A stretch of 64,000 nucleotides of DNA from Mustelus asterias (GCF_964213995.1 NC_135808.1:24366001-24430000), one strand, 5' to 3'; positions 1 through 13,469 are shown, numbered from the stretch's first letter. The notes: generated from the sequence alone by a model not told the origin. Program-made: numbers and translations.

Positions 1-1072
1 AGAAAGCAAAGAGTGGGGGAAAATGGGTGTTTTTCTGGTTGTCGATCAGTGATTAGTGGTGTGCCTCATGGATCAGTGTTGGGACCACAATTGTTTACAA
101 TTTACAGAGATAATTTGGAGTTGGGGACTAAGTGTAGTGTGTCAAAATTCACAGATGACACTAAGATGAGTGGCAGAGCAAAGTGTGCAGAGGACGCTGA
201 AAGTCTGCAAAGGGATATAGATAGGCGAAGTGAGTGGGCGAGGGTCTGGCAGCTGGAAGACAATGTTGATAAATGTGAGGTCATCCATTTTGGTAGGAAT
301 AACAGCAAAATGGACTATTATTTAAATGGTAAAAAATTGCAGCATGCTGCTGTGCAGAGGGACCTGGGTATCCTTGTGCAGAATTTCAAGGAGTTGGTTT
401 GCAGGTGGAGCAGGTAATTAATAAGGCAAATGGAATTTTGTCCTTTATTGCTGGAGGGATGGAGTTGAAAAATAGCGAGGTTATGTTGTAGCTGTATAAG
501 GTGCTGGTGAGGCCACACCTGGAGTACTGTGTACAGTTTTGGTCTCCTTACTTGAGAAAGGATATACTGGCACGGGAGGGGTTGCAGAGGAGATTCACTA
601 GGGTTGATTCCAGAGTTGAGAGGGTTGGCTTTTGAGCAGAGACTGAGTAGACTGGGGCTATACTCATTGGAATTCAGAAGAATGAGGGGAGATCTTATGG
701 AAACATACAAGATTATGAAGGGAATAGATAAGATAGAAGCAGGGAAGTTTTTTCCATTGGCTGGTGAAATTAAAACGAGGGGGCATGGCCTCAAAATAAG
801 GGGAAGCAGATTTAGGACTGAATTGAGGAGGAACTTCTTCACACAATGGGTTTGAATCTGTGGAATTCCCTGCCCAGTTGAGGCTACCTCATTGAATGTT
901 TTTAAGGCAAGGATAAATAAGTTTTTGAACAGTAAAGGAATTAAGGGTTATGGTGAGCAGGCGGCTAAGTGGAGGTGAGTCCATGAGAAGATCACCCATG
1001 ATCTTATTGAATGGCAGAGCAGGCTCGAGGGGCCAGATGCCTACTCCTGCTCCTGGTTCTTATGTTCTTATG
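1..1072 (+). mobile_element. CR1-clade LINE, 3' fragment (decayed RT and 3' tail)
   Basis: ORFs 13-417 and 604-855 give GVPHGSVLGP, KFTDDTK and RRMRGDLMETYK; ends in a (TTCTTATG)n-type tail. Confidence 0.9.
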
Positions 1073-1074
1073 AA

Positions 1075-2045
1075 TCCCTTAGGGTAGTGTCGTCAGCCCA
1101 ACCATCTTCAACTGCTTCATCAATGATCTTCCCCCCATCATAAGGTCGGAAGTGGGGATGTTTGCTGATGATTCCACAATTTTCAGCACCACTCATGACT
1201 CCACATATACTGAAACAGTCCATGTTCAAATGCAACAAGATCTAGATAATATCCAAGCTTGGGCTGACAAGTGGCAAGTAACATTCGAGCAACACAAATG
1301 CCAGGCAATGATCATCATGAATACGAGACACTCTAACAACCACCCCTTGACATTCAATGGTGTTACCATTACTGAATCCCCCACTGTCAACATCCTTGGG
1401 GTTACTCTTGACCAGAAACTCAACTGGACTCGCCACATAAACACAAGAGCCGGTGAGAGGCTGGGAATACTGTGACGAGTAACTCACCTCTTGATTCCTC
1501 AAAGTCTGTCCGCCATCTACAAGGCAGAAATCAGGAGTATGATGGAATACTCCCCACTTGCCTGGATGGGATGAGGTCCAGCAAGACTCAAGAAGCTTGA
1601 CACCATCCTGGACAGAGCAGCCCGCTTGATTCGTACCATATCCACAAACATCCACTCCCTCCACCACTGACGCTCAATAGCAATAGTGTGTACTATCTAC
1701 AAGATGCACTGTAACAATTCACCAAATATTCTTGACAGCACCTTCCAAACCCACAACCACTTCCATCTCGAAGGACAAGGGCAGCAGATACATGGGAACA
1801 CCACCACCTGCAGGTTCCCCTCCAAGCTACTCACCATGGTGACTTGGAAATGTATCGCCATTCCTTCACAGTCGCTGCGTCAAAATCCTGGAATTGCTTC
1901 CCTAATGGCATTGTGGGTCAACCTACAGCACATAGACTGCAGCGATTCAAGAAGGCAGCTCACTATCACCTTCTCAAGGGCAACTAGGTATGGGCAATAA
2001 ATGCTGGCCAGCAGCCATGCCCATGCCCTATGAATGAATTTTTAA
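1075..2045 (+). mobile_element. Second CR1/L2-group LINE fragment (decayed RT C-terminus)
   Basis: ORF 1152-1475 has MFADDSTIF...QQDLDNIQAWADKWQVTF...ILGVTLDQKLNW; the same family occurs on the minus strand at 46390-47600. Confidence 0.8.
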
Positions 2046-2089
2046 AAATCATCTCATTCAATTTTCTTTCAATTTCATTGAAGCCCTAT

Positions 2090-2385
2090 CGTGCAGAAGG
2101 AGGCCACTTGGCCCATCGAGTCTGCACCGACAACAATCCCACCTAGACCCCATCATTGCATCAACCCCACTGATCCCTCTGACATGAAAGGGACAATCTA
2201 TTATGGCCAATCAACCTCTCTTGTACACCTTTGGACTGTGGGAGGAAACCGGAGCACCCAGAGGAAACTCACGCAGACACGGAGAAAGTGCAAACTCCAT
2301 TCAGACAGTCACCTGAGGCTGGAATTGAACTCCGGTTCCTGACATTGTGAGGCAGCAGTGCTAACGACTGTGCCACCATGCCACC
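2090..2385 (-). mobile_element. tRNA-derived V-domain (HE1-like) SINE
   Basis: Reverse complement starts GGCATGGTGGCACAGTCGTTAGCACTGCTGCCTCAC (A box), then a B-box-like segment and the central GGGTGCTCCGGTTTCCTCCCACAGTCCAAAG domain. Confidence 0.85.
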
Positions 2386-2399
2386 CTATTTGATAAGGC

Positions 2400-5090
2400 C
2401 CACTAAACCTAGCTGTTAAATGTTCACCGAGCACTGCTAATCATACTAACACCTTATCCCTGCGAGCAAAACGAGGAACTTTTCTTGTCCGCTTTTTTTC
2501 TTCACATGCTGTGCCACCTTTAATTGCTGTCTCGTGAACTTCCCAGCCCTAGTTAATCTCTCCCTAAAGTTTGACACATAGTCCAACATAGTCCCAGAAT
2601 GCTGACTCACCAACTTTTCCTTGATGAATTTAAGTGGTCCACATATCTCATGACAAAACTTAATTCAAATAGACTGAATTTAGTTAATTCATTAGGTGCA
2701 TCCTTTATCCTAATCCTCTGGATAATCTTGCCTGAAGGTCTTCAACATGGCCTTTAAAATTTGATGCTAGCGTTTCAATATTCCCTGCGATTCTGGATGG
2801 TACAGAGTTGATTTAAATTGCTTTACTCCTAAGCTATCCAAAACTTCCCGGAATAACTTTGATGCATCTGCCTGAATATGTAATGATCTCCAGCATCTCA
2901 TCAATTCATTACTTGTAATGTAGTATCACTCTGGTATTCACTCAGATTCTTCTTCTGTATATGCTTTCTGATACAATTGCTTTATTTCTATATCCTTCTG
3001 CTGTAATTCTGACAACTTTCCTGAACTAAAAATATTGACCCCCATCCTTCAACAGCTTATATTCTTGCTCAACCACCTGGGGTCTGTTAACTGATAAAGG
3101 AAACCATAGTTGAAGCCTGGTCAGGGATTGGTTGATAAGCAAGTGCTAAGTCGTTTTAAATAATTTACTTATGTGGGTAAGGTTTACTTATGCGTACCAG
3201 GAGGAGGAGGTAAAGAAGTTAAGATTTTAAAAGGTACAGGATCAAGTCAATCTTTGATGGTGAAAGATGAGGAGATATGTAGTTTGGAAGGAGTATTGCC
3301 AGAAAAATGTGGAAATAAGTGAAATTACTGGTGAAAAGAGTAGTGTTCCATTATAAAGTGTAAGGTTGGAGATTCTGGCGAAAAGTGGTGAAGTGGGGGT
3401 AGGAGTGATAGGGAAATGATCTTTTCCAGGAATACAGTTTATCCTGGGTAATGATAAAGCTGGATCACAGGTGGGAGTGATGGTTACTGTGGTTGAAAAG
3501 CCAGTGGAAAATCAGACAGCTGAGGTGATGCAGGAAGCATATCCTGGGATTTTTTTCCTGACTGCGGGATAACAAGATTACAAAGTCACAGGTTGGCCAG
3601 GAGGGGAAATCACAAAGTAAAGATAAAGAAGTTGAAGTTCAGTTAGTGGAAAGAATTTACCTGAGGGAAACTATCTTTACGATCTCCAATGGCATCTCCT
3701 TTACCTTGACCACCTGAGGATTTCTCTATCTCTCACAGGCTGAAACTGATGTTGAAAGCCAACATTTGATTCACAAACCGATTCAAAATCATCTGTCCTT
3801 TTGCTGATACACGAGCAGTTTTACACATTTGCCTTTCAGACATTTCAAGTTCAAATTGCCTTTTCACTTCCTGAAGTTCTCATTCTTTTTCTCTTTGTTT
3901 TGCTCTGCCAGGGCTATTCTCTCTCGCTTTCTTTTTCCTTAAATTACAATTCAAACTATCTCAACTCTTTTTCATTTGCTTTTAATTGCAATTTCAACAG
4001 TTTCAATTGTGTTTTCTTTCCTTTGCCTCTAATTCAAGTTGTTAGATTCGGAGTTGAATTCAAACCAATTTCAATGTTTCTGGCAATTTTAAGTGCCGAG
4101 CTATCACTGAAAGCTGCAACTTGTCTGGCAATTCCAGAAGTTTTACTTTAACCACTTTTTGTAAACTATCCTGAGTCACTTCTTCCACACCCAGGAAAAC
4201 CTCAGCCAGTAAAAGAACCATTTATTCCATACGGCATTCACCTCAAGAGAAAACTCAACACTCACTGACTTTGAGTTCAGTAATCCTAAGCTAAACAAGA
4301 AATTATCAATTTTGATCTCGGACAATTCCCAAATTTTTTTAGAGACCAGATCACAAACTCCAAGTTATATTATGAAGTTAGACTGGACCCACATTTTTAT
4401 TTTTATTTTGGTATGAGTGTGAGGATGAAGTGTTTCACTCCAGGTGTGATTCTATTGACCCAATGGGAAGCTTTAAAAAAAATGAACAAAACAGTTTAAA
4501 CTATAACAAAAAGAATTGATGTATATCTTACCAACTGAAATACTGAAACAAGACAAGATCAAATTCTTAGCTGCTTGCCTATCTGTATTAGTCCCAATTT
4601 AAGCAATATTCCTCAGAGGCGTAAACTCATCTTTAACATCAGTTAGCAAACAACAGGCTTATGTGCTGGTCAGCGACTGCTGGTCCTTAAGCCCCCAGAA
4701 CAAATATGGAGAGAGACCTATTTTCAAACAGGTCCCAAACTAGAATCCTAAAAGAGTGCGAGTGAGCGAGAATAACACTTCTTGCTTATGGCAGACCAAA
4801 GCAGATAACTGCCTGCTTGTTTCTCTGTAAGAATAGCTTCCTCCATTAGCAGATGACTTCCTCTTGTAAATCAATCGAATCAAACCCGACTCTGAAACCC
4901 CAGGGGACAACCCAGACGATAAACAAAATGGCATTAATTAAATTAAAACAGAACAACCCATTATCTGGGATTAATTATGCTGCTGCATTCTCATCAGGTA
5001 CACTGCAGGTTGCAAACAAATCAGCACGGTGCTCAGTGCTGAGTTTAAAACACTCCCTTCACAAGAAACATGATATAAAAACCTTCCTTG
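2400..5090. mobile_element. Decayed Gypsy/LTR retrotransposon remnants within intron 1 of copy A
   Basis: Plus strand ~3221-3455 translates KILKGTGSSQSLMV and GIQFILGND, resembling the Gypsy protease ILRDTGASQS...FILGND motifs. Boundaries are approximate and the fragments appear rearranged. Confidence 0.55.
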
Positions 5091-5099
5091 AAGACACGT

Positions 5100-5720
5100 C
5101 AACCCACAGAGAGAGAGACATCAGGGTATGAACCCTACCAACACCCAGAGAGAGAGAGAGAGAGACATCAGGGTAAGAAACACAAAACACCAACACCCAG
5201 AGAGAGAGAGACATCAGGGTGTGAACCCCAAAACCCAGCACACAGAGAGAGAAAGAGAGAGACATCAGGGTGTAAACCCCAAAACACCAACACCCAGAGA
5301 GAGAGAGACATCAGGGTGTGAACCCCAAAACCCAGCACACAGAGAGAGAGAGAGAGACATCAGGGTGTGAACCCCAAAACCCAGCACACAGAGAGAGAGA
5401 GAGAGAGAGAGAGACATCAGGGTGTGAACCCCAAAACACCAACACCCAGAGAGAGAGAGAGACATCAGGGTGTGAACCCCAAAACACCAACACCCAGAGA
5501 GAGAGAGGCATCAGGGTGTGAACCCCAAAACCCAACACCCAGAGAGAGAGAGAGACATCAGGGTGTGAACCCCCAAACAACAAAATATACATACACACAC
5601 ACACACAGAAATTTAGGTATGAACCCAAAATATCAACACCACAGAGAGAGACATCAAGCCATGAACCCCAAAACACCCACTGTCGCACATAGAGAAACAT
5701 CTGGGTATGAATCCCAAAAT
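5100..5720. repeat. Compound minisatellite, ~45-55 bp unit (GAGACATCAGGGTGTGAACCCCAAAACACCAACACCCA plus (GA)n)
   Basis: About 11-12 visible copies; the paralogous position in copy B (25140-25240) has only about 2 related units. Confidence 0.9.
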
Positions 5721-5754
5721 GTGAATTCTAAACTGAGAGCAAGACCTCCACCGA

Positions 5755-5978
5755 GCTTGACATTGCCCCTCTCACACCCCATCACTCACTGACCCAGGGT
5801 TATTGCCCCAGTACCAAGCCTGGCATTGCCCCTCTCACACCCCATCACTCACTGACCCAGGGTTAATGCCCCAGTACCCAGTCTGACATTGCCCCTCTCA
5901 CACCCCATCACTCACAGACCCAGGGTTAATGCCCCAGTACCCAGCCTGGCATTGCCCCTCTCACACCCCATCACTCAC
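5755..5978. repeat. 63-bp tandem repeat at the start of intron 1, copy A
   Basis: CATTGCCCCTCTCACACCCCATCACTCAC recurs at 5761, 5824, 5887 and 5950. Confidence 0.95.
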
Positions 5979-6027
5979 CTGCAGACACCTCTCCACACAG
6001 AAGGATCAGCTCTATCAGTCCAATCAT
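5979..6027 (-). CDS. MHC class I copy A, exon 1 (signal peptide MIGLIELILLCGEVSA); no further exons in the window
   Basis: ATG at 6027, 49 nt, phase-1 donor CAG|GTGAGT; nearly identical to the copy B leader 25496-25544. Confidence 0.85.
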
Positions 6028-6134
6028 TGCTGCATCCTTCATATTGGAAGAAATCTTTGGAGGATACTCTTTTTCAATGAAAGGGGATCTTCTCAACTTG
6101 TTCCTTCTGTCTTTTTCTGTTCACACGAAGCCGC

Positions 6135-6551
6135 AATCTGATTAGACACAAAACAGGTTGGCAAACTTCCTCAATATTCAGAATTCTCCAATCAGGTAAA
6201 TACAACTGGTTATATTATGTTTGCTCAGCAGTTAGCACTGCTGCCTCACAGCGCCAGGGACCCAGGTTCAATTTCAGCCTTGGGTGACTGTCTGTGTGGA
6301 GTTTGTACATTCTCCCTGTGTGGGTTTCCTCCGGGTACTCCTGCTTCCTCCTGCACTCCAAAGATGTGCAGGTTAGGTGGACTGGCCAAGCTAAATTGCC
6401 CCTTACTGTCTAAAGATGTGTGTGATAGGGGATTAGCCATGGTAAATATGTAGGGTTACAGGGATGGGGCCTGGATAAAGATGCTCTGTCTGAGATTTGG
6501 TGCTGACTTGAATGGACTCATTCTATGATTCTAACATCATCAGTTGCCGGG
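6135..6551 (-). promoter_or_regulatory. Disrupted class I promoter of copy A (Y box 6188-6195; X box 6534-6551, separated by a SINE)
   Basis: Aligns to 25650-25810 of copy B. The proximal X-Y module is absent and a ~320 bp SINE lies between the distal X and Y boxes. Confidence 0.7.
6212..6532 (+). mobile_element. V-domain SINE inserted in the promoter of copy A
   Basis: GTTAGCACTGCTGCCTCACAGCGCCAGGGACCCAGGTTCAATT head, central V domain and TTCTATGATTCT tail; absent in the paralogous B promoter. Confidence 0.85.
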
Positions 6552-7454
6552 TAGAATGAGCCAAAAGGAGTTTGATACAGTGACAGAGGGAAGGACATGA
6601 AGAAGAGCAGCAGATCTGAGCTAACGTTTCAATTAGATCACTGCTGATCTCAACCCCAGCTTCTGACGATAACCCATATCCCGAAATATTATTACCCAAT
6701 AAAAATCTATCACTCTTACACTTAAAAGCTCCAATTGTTCACATTTTTTTGTGGAAAGACTGGATGTGGATTTCACACTGCTGAATCATTTTAACATGAT
6801 AAACAGATCGATCAGATCACCCCTCAACATTCTAAACTCGAGGGAATAAGTTTTTACATGCTGTCAAAATTTATACTTCATTGTGAAAAGCCGATCCCCT
6901 CAAGCACGTCTCTGCAGAGTGAATTGATCTGTTTGTCCTTTGTCAGTGCTCAGGAATTGGGGGTAATATTGTTGCATGAACAGAGGATTGGTTAATGGAC
7001 AAGAAACATTGATTTGGCATAAATGGGCCATTTTCAAGTTCGCCAACACTAGGATCAGTGCTGGGACAATCAGCCATTTACAATCTTTATTCGTGACTCA
7101 GACCAAGAGGCCAAGTGTAATGTATCTAAATTTACAGCAGCGACAAAGCTCGGTGGAAATGAGGAGAGATTGAGTCAGTTAGGATTGTGTTAGCTGGAAA
7201 TTAGAAGAATGAGGAGGATCTCATCAAAACCTATACAATTCTAACAGGAAGAGATGGGCTAGATGCGGAAGGATATTCCCGATGGCAGGGGAGTCCAGAA
7301 CCAGGGGTCCTATTCTAAGTATATGGGGAAAACCATTGAGGACTGATTATAAACATCCTGAGGATTACCATTGACCAGAAATTGAACTGAACCAGCCATA
7401 TAAACACTGTCGCCACAACAGTGGGTTAGAGGCTGGGAATTTTGTGGATAGTTT

Positions 7455-7735
7455 AAATTTTAAGTTTATGTTTTACTCTCACACATAGGTTTATATTAAT
7501 ACTGTAATGACGTTACTGTGAAAGTCCTCCAGTTGCCACACTCCAGTGTCTGTTCGGATACACTGAGGGAGAAATATAGCATGGCCAGTGCATCCAACCA
7601 GCACGTCTTTCAGACTGTGGGAGGGAACCGGAGCTCCCGGAAGAATCCCATGCAGATACGGGGAGAACGTGCAGACTCCGGACAAACAGTGACCCAAGCA
7701 AGGAATCGAAGCAGGGTCCCTGGCGTTGTGCCACC
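7455..7735 (-). mobile_element. V-domain SINE
   Basis: Reverse-complement head GCCAGGGACCCTGCTTCGATTCC and tail shared with the SINEs at 9275 and 61035. Confidence 0.8.
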
Positions 7736-8209
7736 AACCCCTGTAACTCACCTCTTATGCAAGATGCTCTTTCGGAGTGTTGGAGCAAGTGCTGCAGACG
7801 ATGGGCCGAATGGTCTCCTTCTGCACTATAGGATTGGGTTGAGACAACCAATAAAGAGAGACGGGAGGAAGGGGAAGGGGAGGGCGCGGTTGTTGATGTT
7901 CTGTGAATTCCGTGTTGAAGTTGGAAAATTCTGGCTGAACTGAGGCAGTTTGATGCTGTTGTCCGGATTGTAACCGCGGGGAGACAGACCTGGGGCAATG
8001 CCATTGGGATGATGGAAAATGAGCTGCGGGATTGACTGTTGTCGGAAAGAGAGAAAGTTAAAATGAGTTTCAAATCAAAGCAGTGACTGAAGCGGATCCC
8101 CGGCTTCTGGGTGGGAAAAATTAAACAGGGAAATTCCAGTGAAATAGAAATTAGAGTGAGTGAAAGGAAATTCAGATTGTGTCCCCAGAACTGAGAAAAT
8201 AAAATAAGT

Positions 8210-9660
8210 TTTAATTTTCAAGTTGAATAAGTTTGTACAAGTTTTGGAATTGAAACACACTGTTGGAAACTCCGCCCTCTGTTGTTTCAATGTAACAATC
8301 TTCAATGTTTCCTTTTCTGTTATTTGTGAAACGCGGTTTTCCCTTAATTTCAATAACAGACATTAGTGAAGAAAGAAGATGTGGTGGAATTTATTTTATC
8401 CCCTTTTAAAAGACACGTTTTTATTGTTGAAAAGATCCAGAGTGAAACTTGAAGTGCTGTGAGAAAGAATTGTGTGTACAGATGTGAGTGTGTAAACGTC
8501 CTGTTGGTGAATGAGGAAAGGCTGTGTGAATGCTCTGTGTTGCTGTTCCTTCAGACCGGCTCCAACTCTGATGTTTTCCTGAAAATGGTGAGGTCTAAAG
8601 GGGAAATAACAGTTAAAAGTTTTGAAACTGGAAACTTGTTACTGGCTGCAATGAAACTCTATTGAAACTGGTGAAACATGTGGGATTTCTAATCCAGATA
8701 CAAATTCACATCTGTCAGAGTGGAGTCGTTTCTTAAATTTTGACGGTGTAATTTTGAATTGAGGAACGGAATTTAAGGTGATTGTTGATGGATTATTCTT
8801 GTGTTTAAAATCCACATAAAAAATAACCCTGGGGAACATTTGGGACTTTATCTTCTCATCCATTTTGCTCCAAGGTTTTTATTCGGAAGTATCCAGTTTG
8901 AATTGGTGAATCCACAAGACTTGAAGAAATATCTTTGTTCTGCCTAAACCGCCATTACTCTGAGAACATTGTAACCCAGTCTCTTTCTGAAATCGCGGTG
9001 ACAGTGAATTCCTTCACCAACCAAGTTTTAATTTAGAATTAACCCATTCAGCTCCAAGCAGGATGAGCCTTTTGTGTTGGTTTTATAAACACACACACAC
9101 ACACACAGGTGACAATTGCTGAAAAGTGTAACAATATTTCCAGCAGCTGCAAGAATTTGGAAACATTTGCAGACACCGATTTGATACAAAGGCTCTGATA
9201 TTTCAAAGATGTTTATTATTTCCTGAGAGAGTGCTTGGGAATGGGAGATCTTGACGTCAACACACTAACCAATTAAGTTTGTTTATTAGTGTCACAAGTA
9301 GGCTTACATTTACACTGCAATGAAGTTACTATGAAAACCCCCTGGTCGCCACACTCTGGCGCTTGTTGGGGTACACTGAGGGAGAATTTAGCATGACCAA
9401 TACACTTTACCAGCTTGTCTTTCAGACTGTGGGAGGAAAACCGGATAGCCGGAGGAAACCCATGCACTCACAGGGAGAACATACAGACTCTGCACAATGA
9501 TGCAAGCGGAAAAAGAAGCCGGGTCCCTGGTGCTGTGAGGCAGCAGTGCCATTCACTGTGCCACCTTGCCGTCCCATAGCATTAATTTCGAGAAACATGA
9601 AAGGGCAGACAAAATTGGAATTCATCAATTCAATACATATGAATTAATACTTTAAAACAT
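8210..9660. other. Duplicated upstream block of copy A (paralog at 34920-36095)
   Basis: Long near-identical match by eye to 34920-36095; function unknown. Confidence 0.75.
9275..9572 (-). mobile_element. V-domain SINE
   Basis: Reverse-complement head GGCAAGGTGGCACAGTGAATGGCACTGCTGCCTCACAGCACCAGGGACCCGG; absent from the paralogous block at ~36015. Confidence 0.8.
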
Positions 9661-11149
9661 TAAAGGAGAATTAAAATACATCTTAGCTCCTTTCACTGAA
9701 TATTAAGAAATAAACAATACAGTGGGCTGTCTGGGCAAGGCTACAGTTATGCAGAAGAATTGGGAACATGAACATTGCACGGCCTCCACCTCGATCCTGC
9801 TGGGTAATTTCAGAAGACATTTAATGGTCAACCACATTGCTGTGGGTCTGTAGGCCAGACCAGATAGAGACCGCAGATTTCCTTCCCTAAAGAACATTAA
9901 ACAAGATAGGTTTTTACAGCAATCAACAATGGCTTCATAGTCATCATTAGACTTTTAATTCCAGGTTTTATTCTTTAATTGAGTTCAAATTCCACCCTCT
10001 GCCTTGGTGGGATTCAAATCCAGGTTCCCAGAGCTTTCTCCTGTGTCTCTGGATTCCTAGTCCACTGACAATACCTCTACACCGCCGACAGCCCAAACTC
10101 CACCTGGGCGTACTGGACATGTGTCACGCACCTGGATGTGTGGTGGGTTATCAAAATCAGGAATTACTGCTTGGGGAGGTGGAACTGGACAGGATCATGA
10201 AAGTTACTTGTTGTCACCTTCCTGCATCTTCCAGGTCTTAATCTGGAATGAGAGGCTGGAATGGGAAAAGAACATGGTGATCCAGCTAAAGAGATGTGCA
10301 AAGTATTTGTTTAATCTTAACTAATAAACCCCCATGTGGTAACTTTTTTCTGAAGTCCATATAAGTAGATCTATCACATTTTCCCGTCACCATGTCTGTT
10401 ACCATCTCAACGAATACTCGGAGCTTTGACAAGCACCATCTTCCCTTTTAAAATATGTGTTTGCTGCTAATTTATTGCTGTTAATTCCTCTTGATGTGCA
10501 TTTTTGGTAAATTGTTCTTAAAAGTCTTAAAATGTTCCCCATTGCAGGGGTGTTACCCTTCCCCATTGATGTTAGTTTTGTACTGAAGACTTTACAGAGG
10601 CAGGAAGTGAAAAAATAAATCACATTTATTGTAGAAATTGCAGCAATGTTACAGACTGCAGTAACAGGTGACTGAGTTGGCAGTGAGTGAACCAGACAGA
10701 TTCCTAGAGTCTGTGTAAACAGGGCAGATCAGAAGAGCTTATAAAGTGCAGGTCAGAATAGCTTAAAAAGTGCAGCTCCAGAGAGAGTAATTCCTGACAA
10801 ACCATCGCCACAGTTCCATTTACACAGCGTCACATATGTCGAGTTTTTAATGCGTCAGTCGCTGTCATCTCGATGAAATCACATCCTTCCTGATTCTCTC
10901 ATCCACTCCTGCTGCTGATCTCGGGGACTGCTGTCCCTGGGGCACTGGAGGACACTGGGGATGAGAAAGAAATACATCACTAGAGAGGGAGGCAAACCCA
11001 GCAGAACTGGAACACCCCCCCAACAAAACCCATCAGATCCACCTGACCCCCACAAATACCAGCAGCAAAATAGTAATACTGCAGAAACCTGGAAGAGTAC
11101 AGAGAGAGTAGGGGTGAAATTGAAAAGGAAACCAGGAAAGTAAAGAAAG

Positions 11150-12890
11150 GCATAAAAAACGCTGCCAAGAAAAAACAAAGAACTTCCAAGGATGCACATG
11201 TAGAGAAAAGGATAAGGAAAGAGTAAAGCCTTGTGGAGACCAATAAGAAGTGCATGTGAGAGGGTGGGGAATGTGGTAAGATTGGGAATAAATACATTGC
11301 CCCTGTCTTTGGGAAACATGGGGCAATGCTGACATTACAGTGAAGGAAGAAGTGTGTGAATTACTGCACAAGAGATTACATATTAATGGATTTTACAACT
11401 TTGAAAGATGGTGAATCACCGGGTTAAAAGAAACAAGGGAGGAAATTGCAGAGGCTCTGACCATCAGAATCATTCCTCCCGGGCTACATGAGTGTGGAAG
11501 AAGATTAAAGGACTGTCAATATCACACCATGGATTGAAAAGGGAAGAAGGGGCAATCTGAGTAATGATACACCAGTTAGTGTAACTTCGGTGGTGGGAAA
11601 ATTATTGAAATCAATTGTGAGGAACAGTGTAAAGCTTCATTTAGAAAGGCACAGATTAGCGTGGATTTAAGGGGCGTTCATCTCAGCCTAAACTGATTGA
11701 AAATTTGGAAGAGGTGAGAAGGATGGGTTGATGAGGACAGTGAGGTGGATGTGGTCAACATATATTTTAATGTTTTAGACAAGGTCCCACATGGCAGGCT
11801 GGTCAGAAATATAAAAACACATTGAGATCCAAGAGACAATGACAAATCAGACCCCAAATTAGCTCAGTGGCAGGAAGCAAAGGGTTAAGGGGTTTATTGC
11901 GACTGGAATGATGTTACCAGTGGGGGATCCATGGGGCCCAGCTCTCACTCCCTCGCTTTTTGTGGTTCAGGTGAATGATTTAGATTTAAATATAGGGAGA
12001 ATGATGAAGAAGTTTAGAGATGTACAAATATTGTCCGGATGAGTGACAATGAGGAGGAAAGCTTCAGACTGCAGGAAGATCGAGATGGTCTGGGCAGCTG
12101 GAAAGAACAGTGGAAAATGGAATTCAATCCGGAGCAGTGAGAGGTGATGGATTTCGGGAGGATTAACAAAGTAAACGGAATCCCCAATAAATGGGAGGAG
12201 AACGACTGATGTGGAGGAACAGAGGGAACCAGGAGTGCGTGTCCACAGATTGGGAAAGGTGTCAGGACAGGTTGATAATGTTGTTAAGAAGGTATATAAC
12301 ATGCTTTCCTTTATTAGCCAAGGCACAGAACAGAGTGGTTTTGCTCAAACTGCAAACAACACCAGATAGACGACAGCTGAAGCATTGCAAACAGTCTGGT
12401 CAGCACATTACACAAAAGATGTGATTGTACTGGAGAGAATGCAGAGGAGATCGTTTAATGTGGACAGGACTGGAGAATGTTCACTGTGAGGAAAGAGTGG
12501 ATAGGCTGGAATAGGATTCTGTAGAATAGAGGAGGCCGAGGGGAGATTTAATTGGGGTGGATATAATTATGAGGAGCCATGGTAAATAGAGATGACACAT
12601 TTACCTTAGCAGAGGATCAAAAACCAAGGGGCACAGGTTTAAAGTAATTGGTAGAACGATCAGGGGGGAAATGAGGAAAGAGTTTTTCACCCAGAGGGTG
12701 GGAGGGACCCGGGACTCACTGTCTGAAAGGATGGTAGAGGCAGAAACTCTCACCACATTGAATCAATTCTTGGATGTCGAATTGAAGAGCTGTGATCTAC
12801 AGAGCTGCAGACCGAGTACAGGAAGCTGAGATTAGGCTGGAGAGCTCTTCATTAACAGGCAGGGACATGATGGGCTGAATGAGCTTGCTG
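11150..12890 (+). mobile_element. Old decayed CR1-like LINE in the 3' flank of copy B (paralogs ~38480-40080 and ~51400-52840)
   Basis: Remnant motifs such as GACAAGGTCCCACATGGCAGGCTGG (DKVPHGRL) and TTCACCCAGAGGGTG, with many stops; duplicated along with the gene unit. Confidence 0.7.
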
Positions 12891-13422
12891 TCAAACATAA
12901 ATTTTATATCATTCAAATTTCCATCCACACAACACCAGCAAAACCCATCAGACCCAAACACCAGCTAAACCCATCAAACCCCCAAACACCAACTAAACCC
13001 CTAAGATTCACTCCACTTCCCAAACATCCAGAAAAAGATCAAACCCATCACAAAACGTTAAATGTTAAATCCTGTGGGAGTGACACAGCTCAGTGACCAA
13101 CTTCAGGGAAAACACTTGGGAATTCTGACTTCCGAAGGAAATTGAGCAGCTTAGCGGAGGCTGTCCAGGGTGAGATGTTTCCGGATGTCTCGACACCTCA
13201 ACACCCACAATGTCTCCACCCTCAGACTGTACAGGAGCAGCCGTCTCCAGAAGGCCAGTCTCAAAGCTCAGTGTTGGATTGGATGAGCTGCTCTTTAGTG
13301 ACGATACAGCGAGAGACAGACACTGAGCTCACATCCCACCCACCAGATTGTACAGCTAAATCCAGCGGGAATATCCCGGTTAGAAGGATCAACTCCCAAT
13401 ATTTATTAACACAGTTCATACC

Positions 13423-13469
13423 TCAGGAACCTGCAGAGGAAATGGTTCTGGAATCCCCTTTATCAGAAG
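13423..13469 (-). pseudogene. Copy B terminal cytoplasmic exon (xSDKGDSRTISSAGS*)
   Basis: TTTAACAG acceptor; TGA followed by G|GTATGA donor; paralogous to 42000-42046 and 54142-54188. Confidence 0.8.

Noticed and set aside
8618-8660. GAAA-repeat ISRE-like sequence upstream of copy A
   Set aside because: Spacing does not fit GAAANNGAAA and the motif is not conserved in the paralogous block at ~35340.
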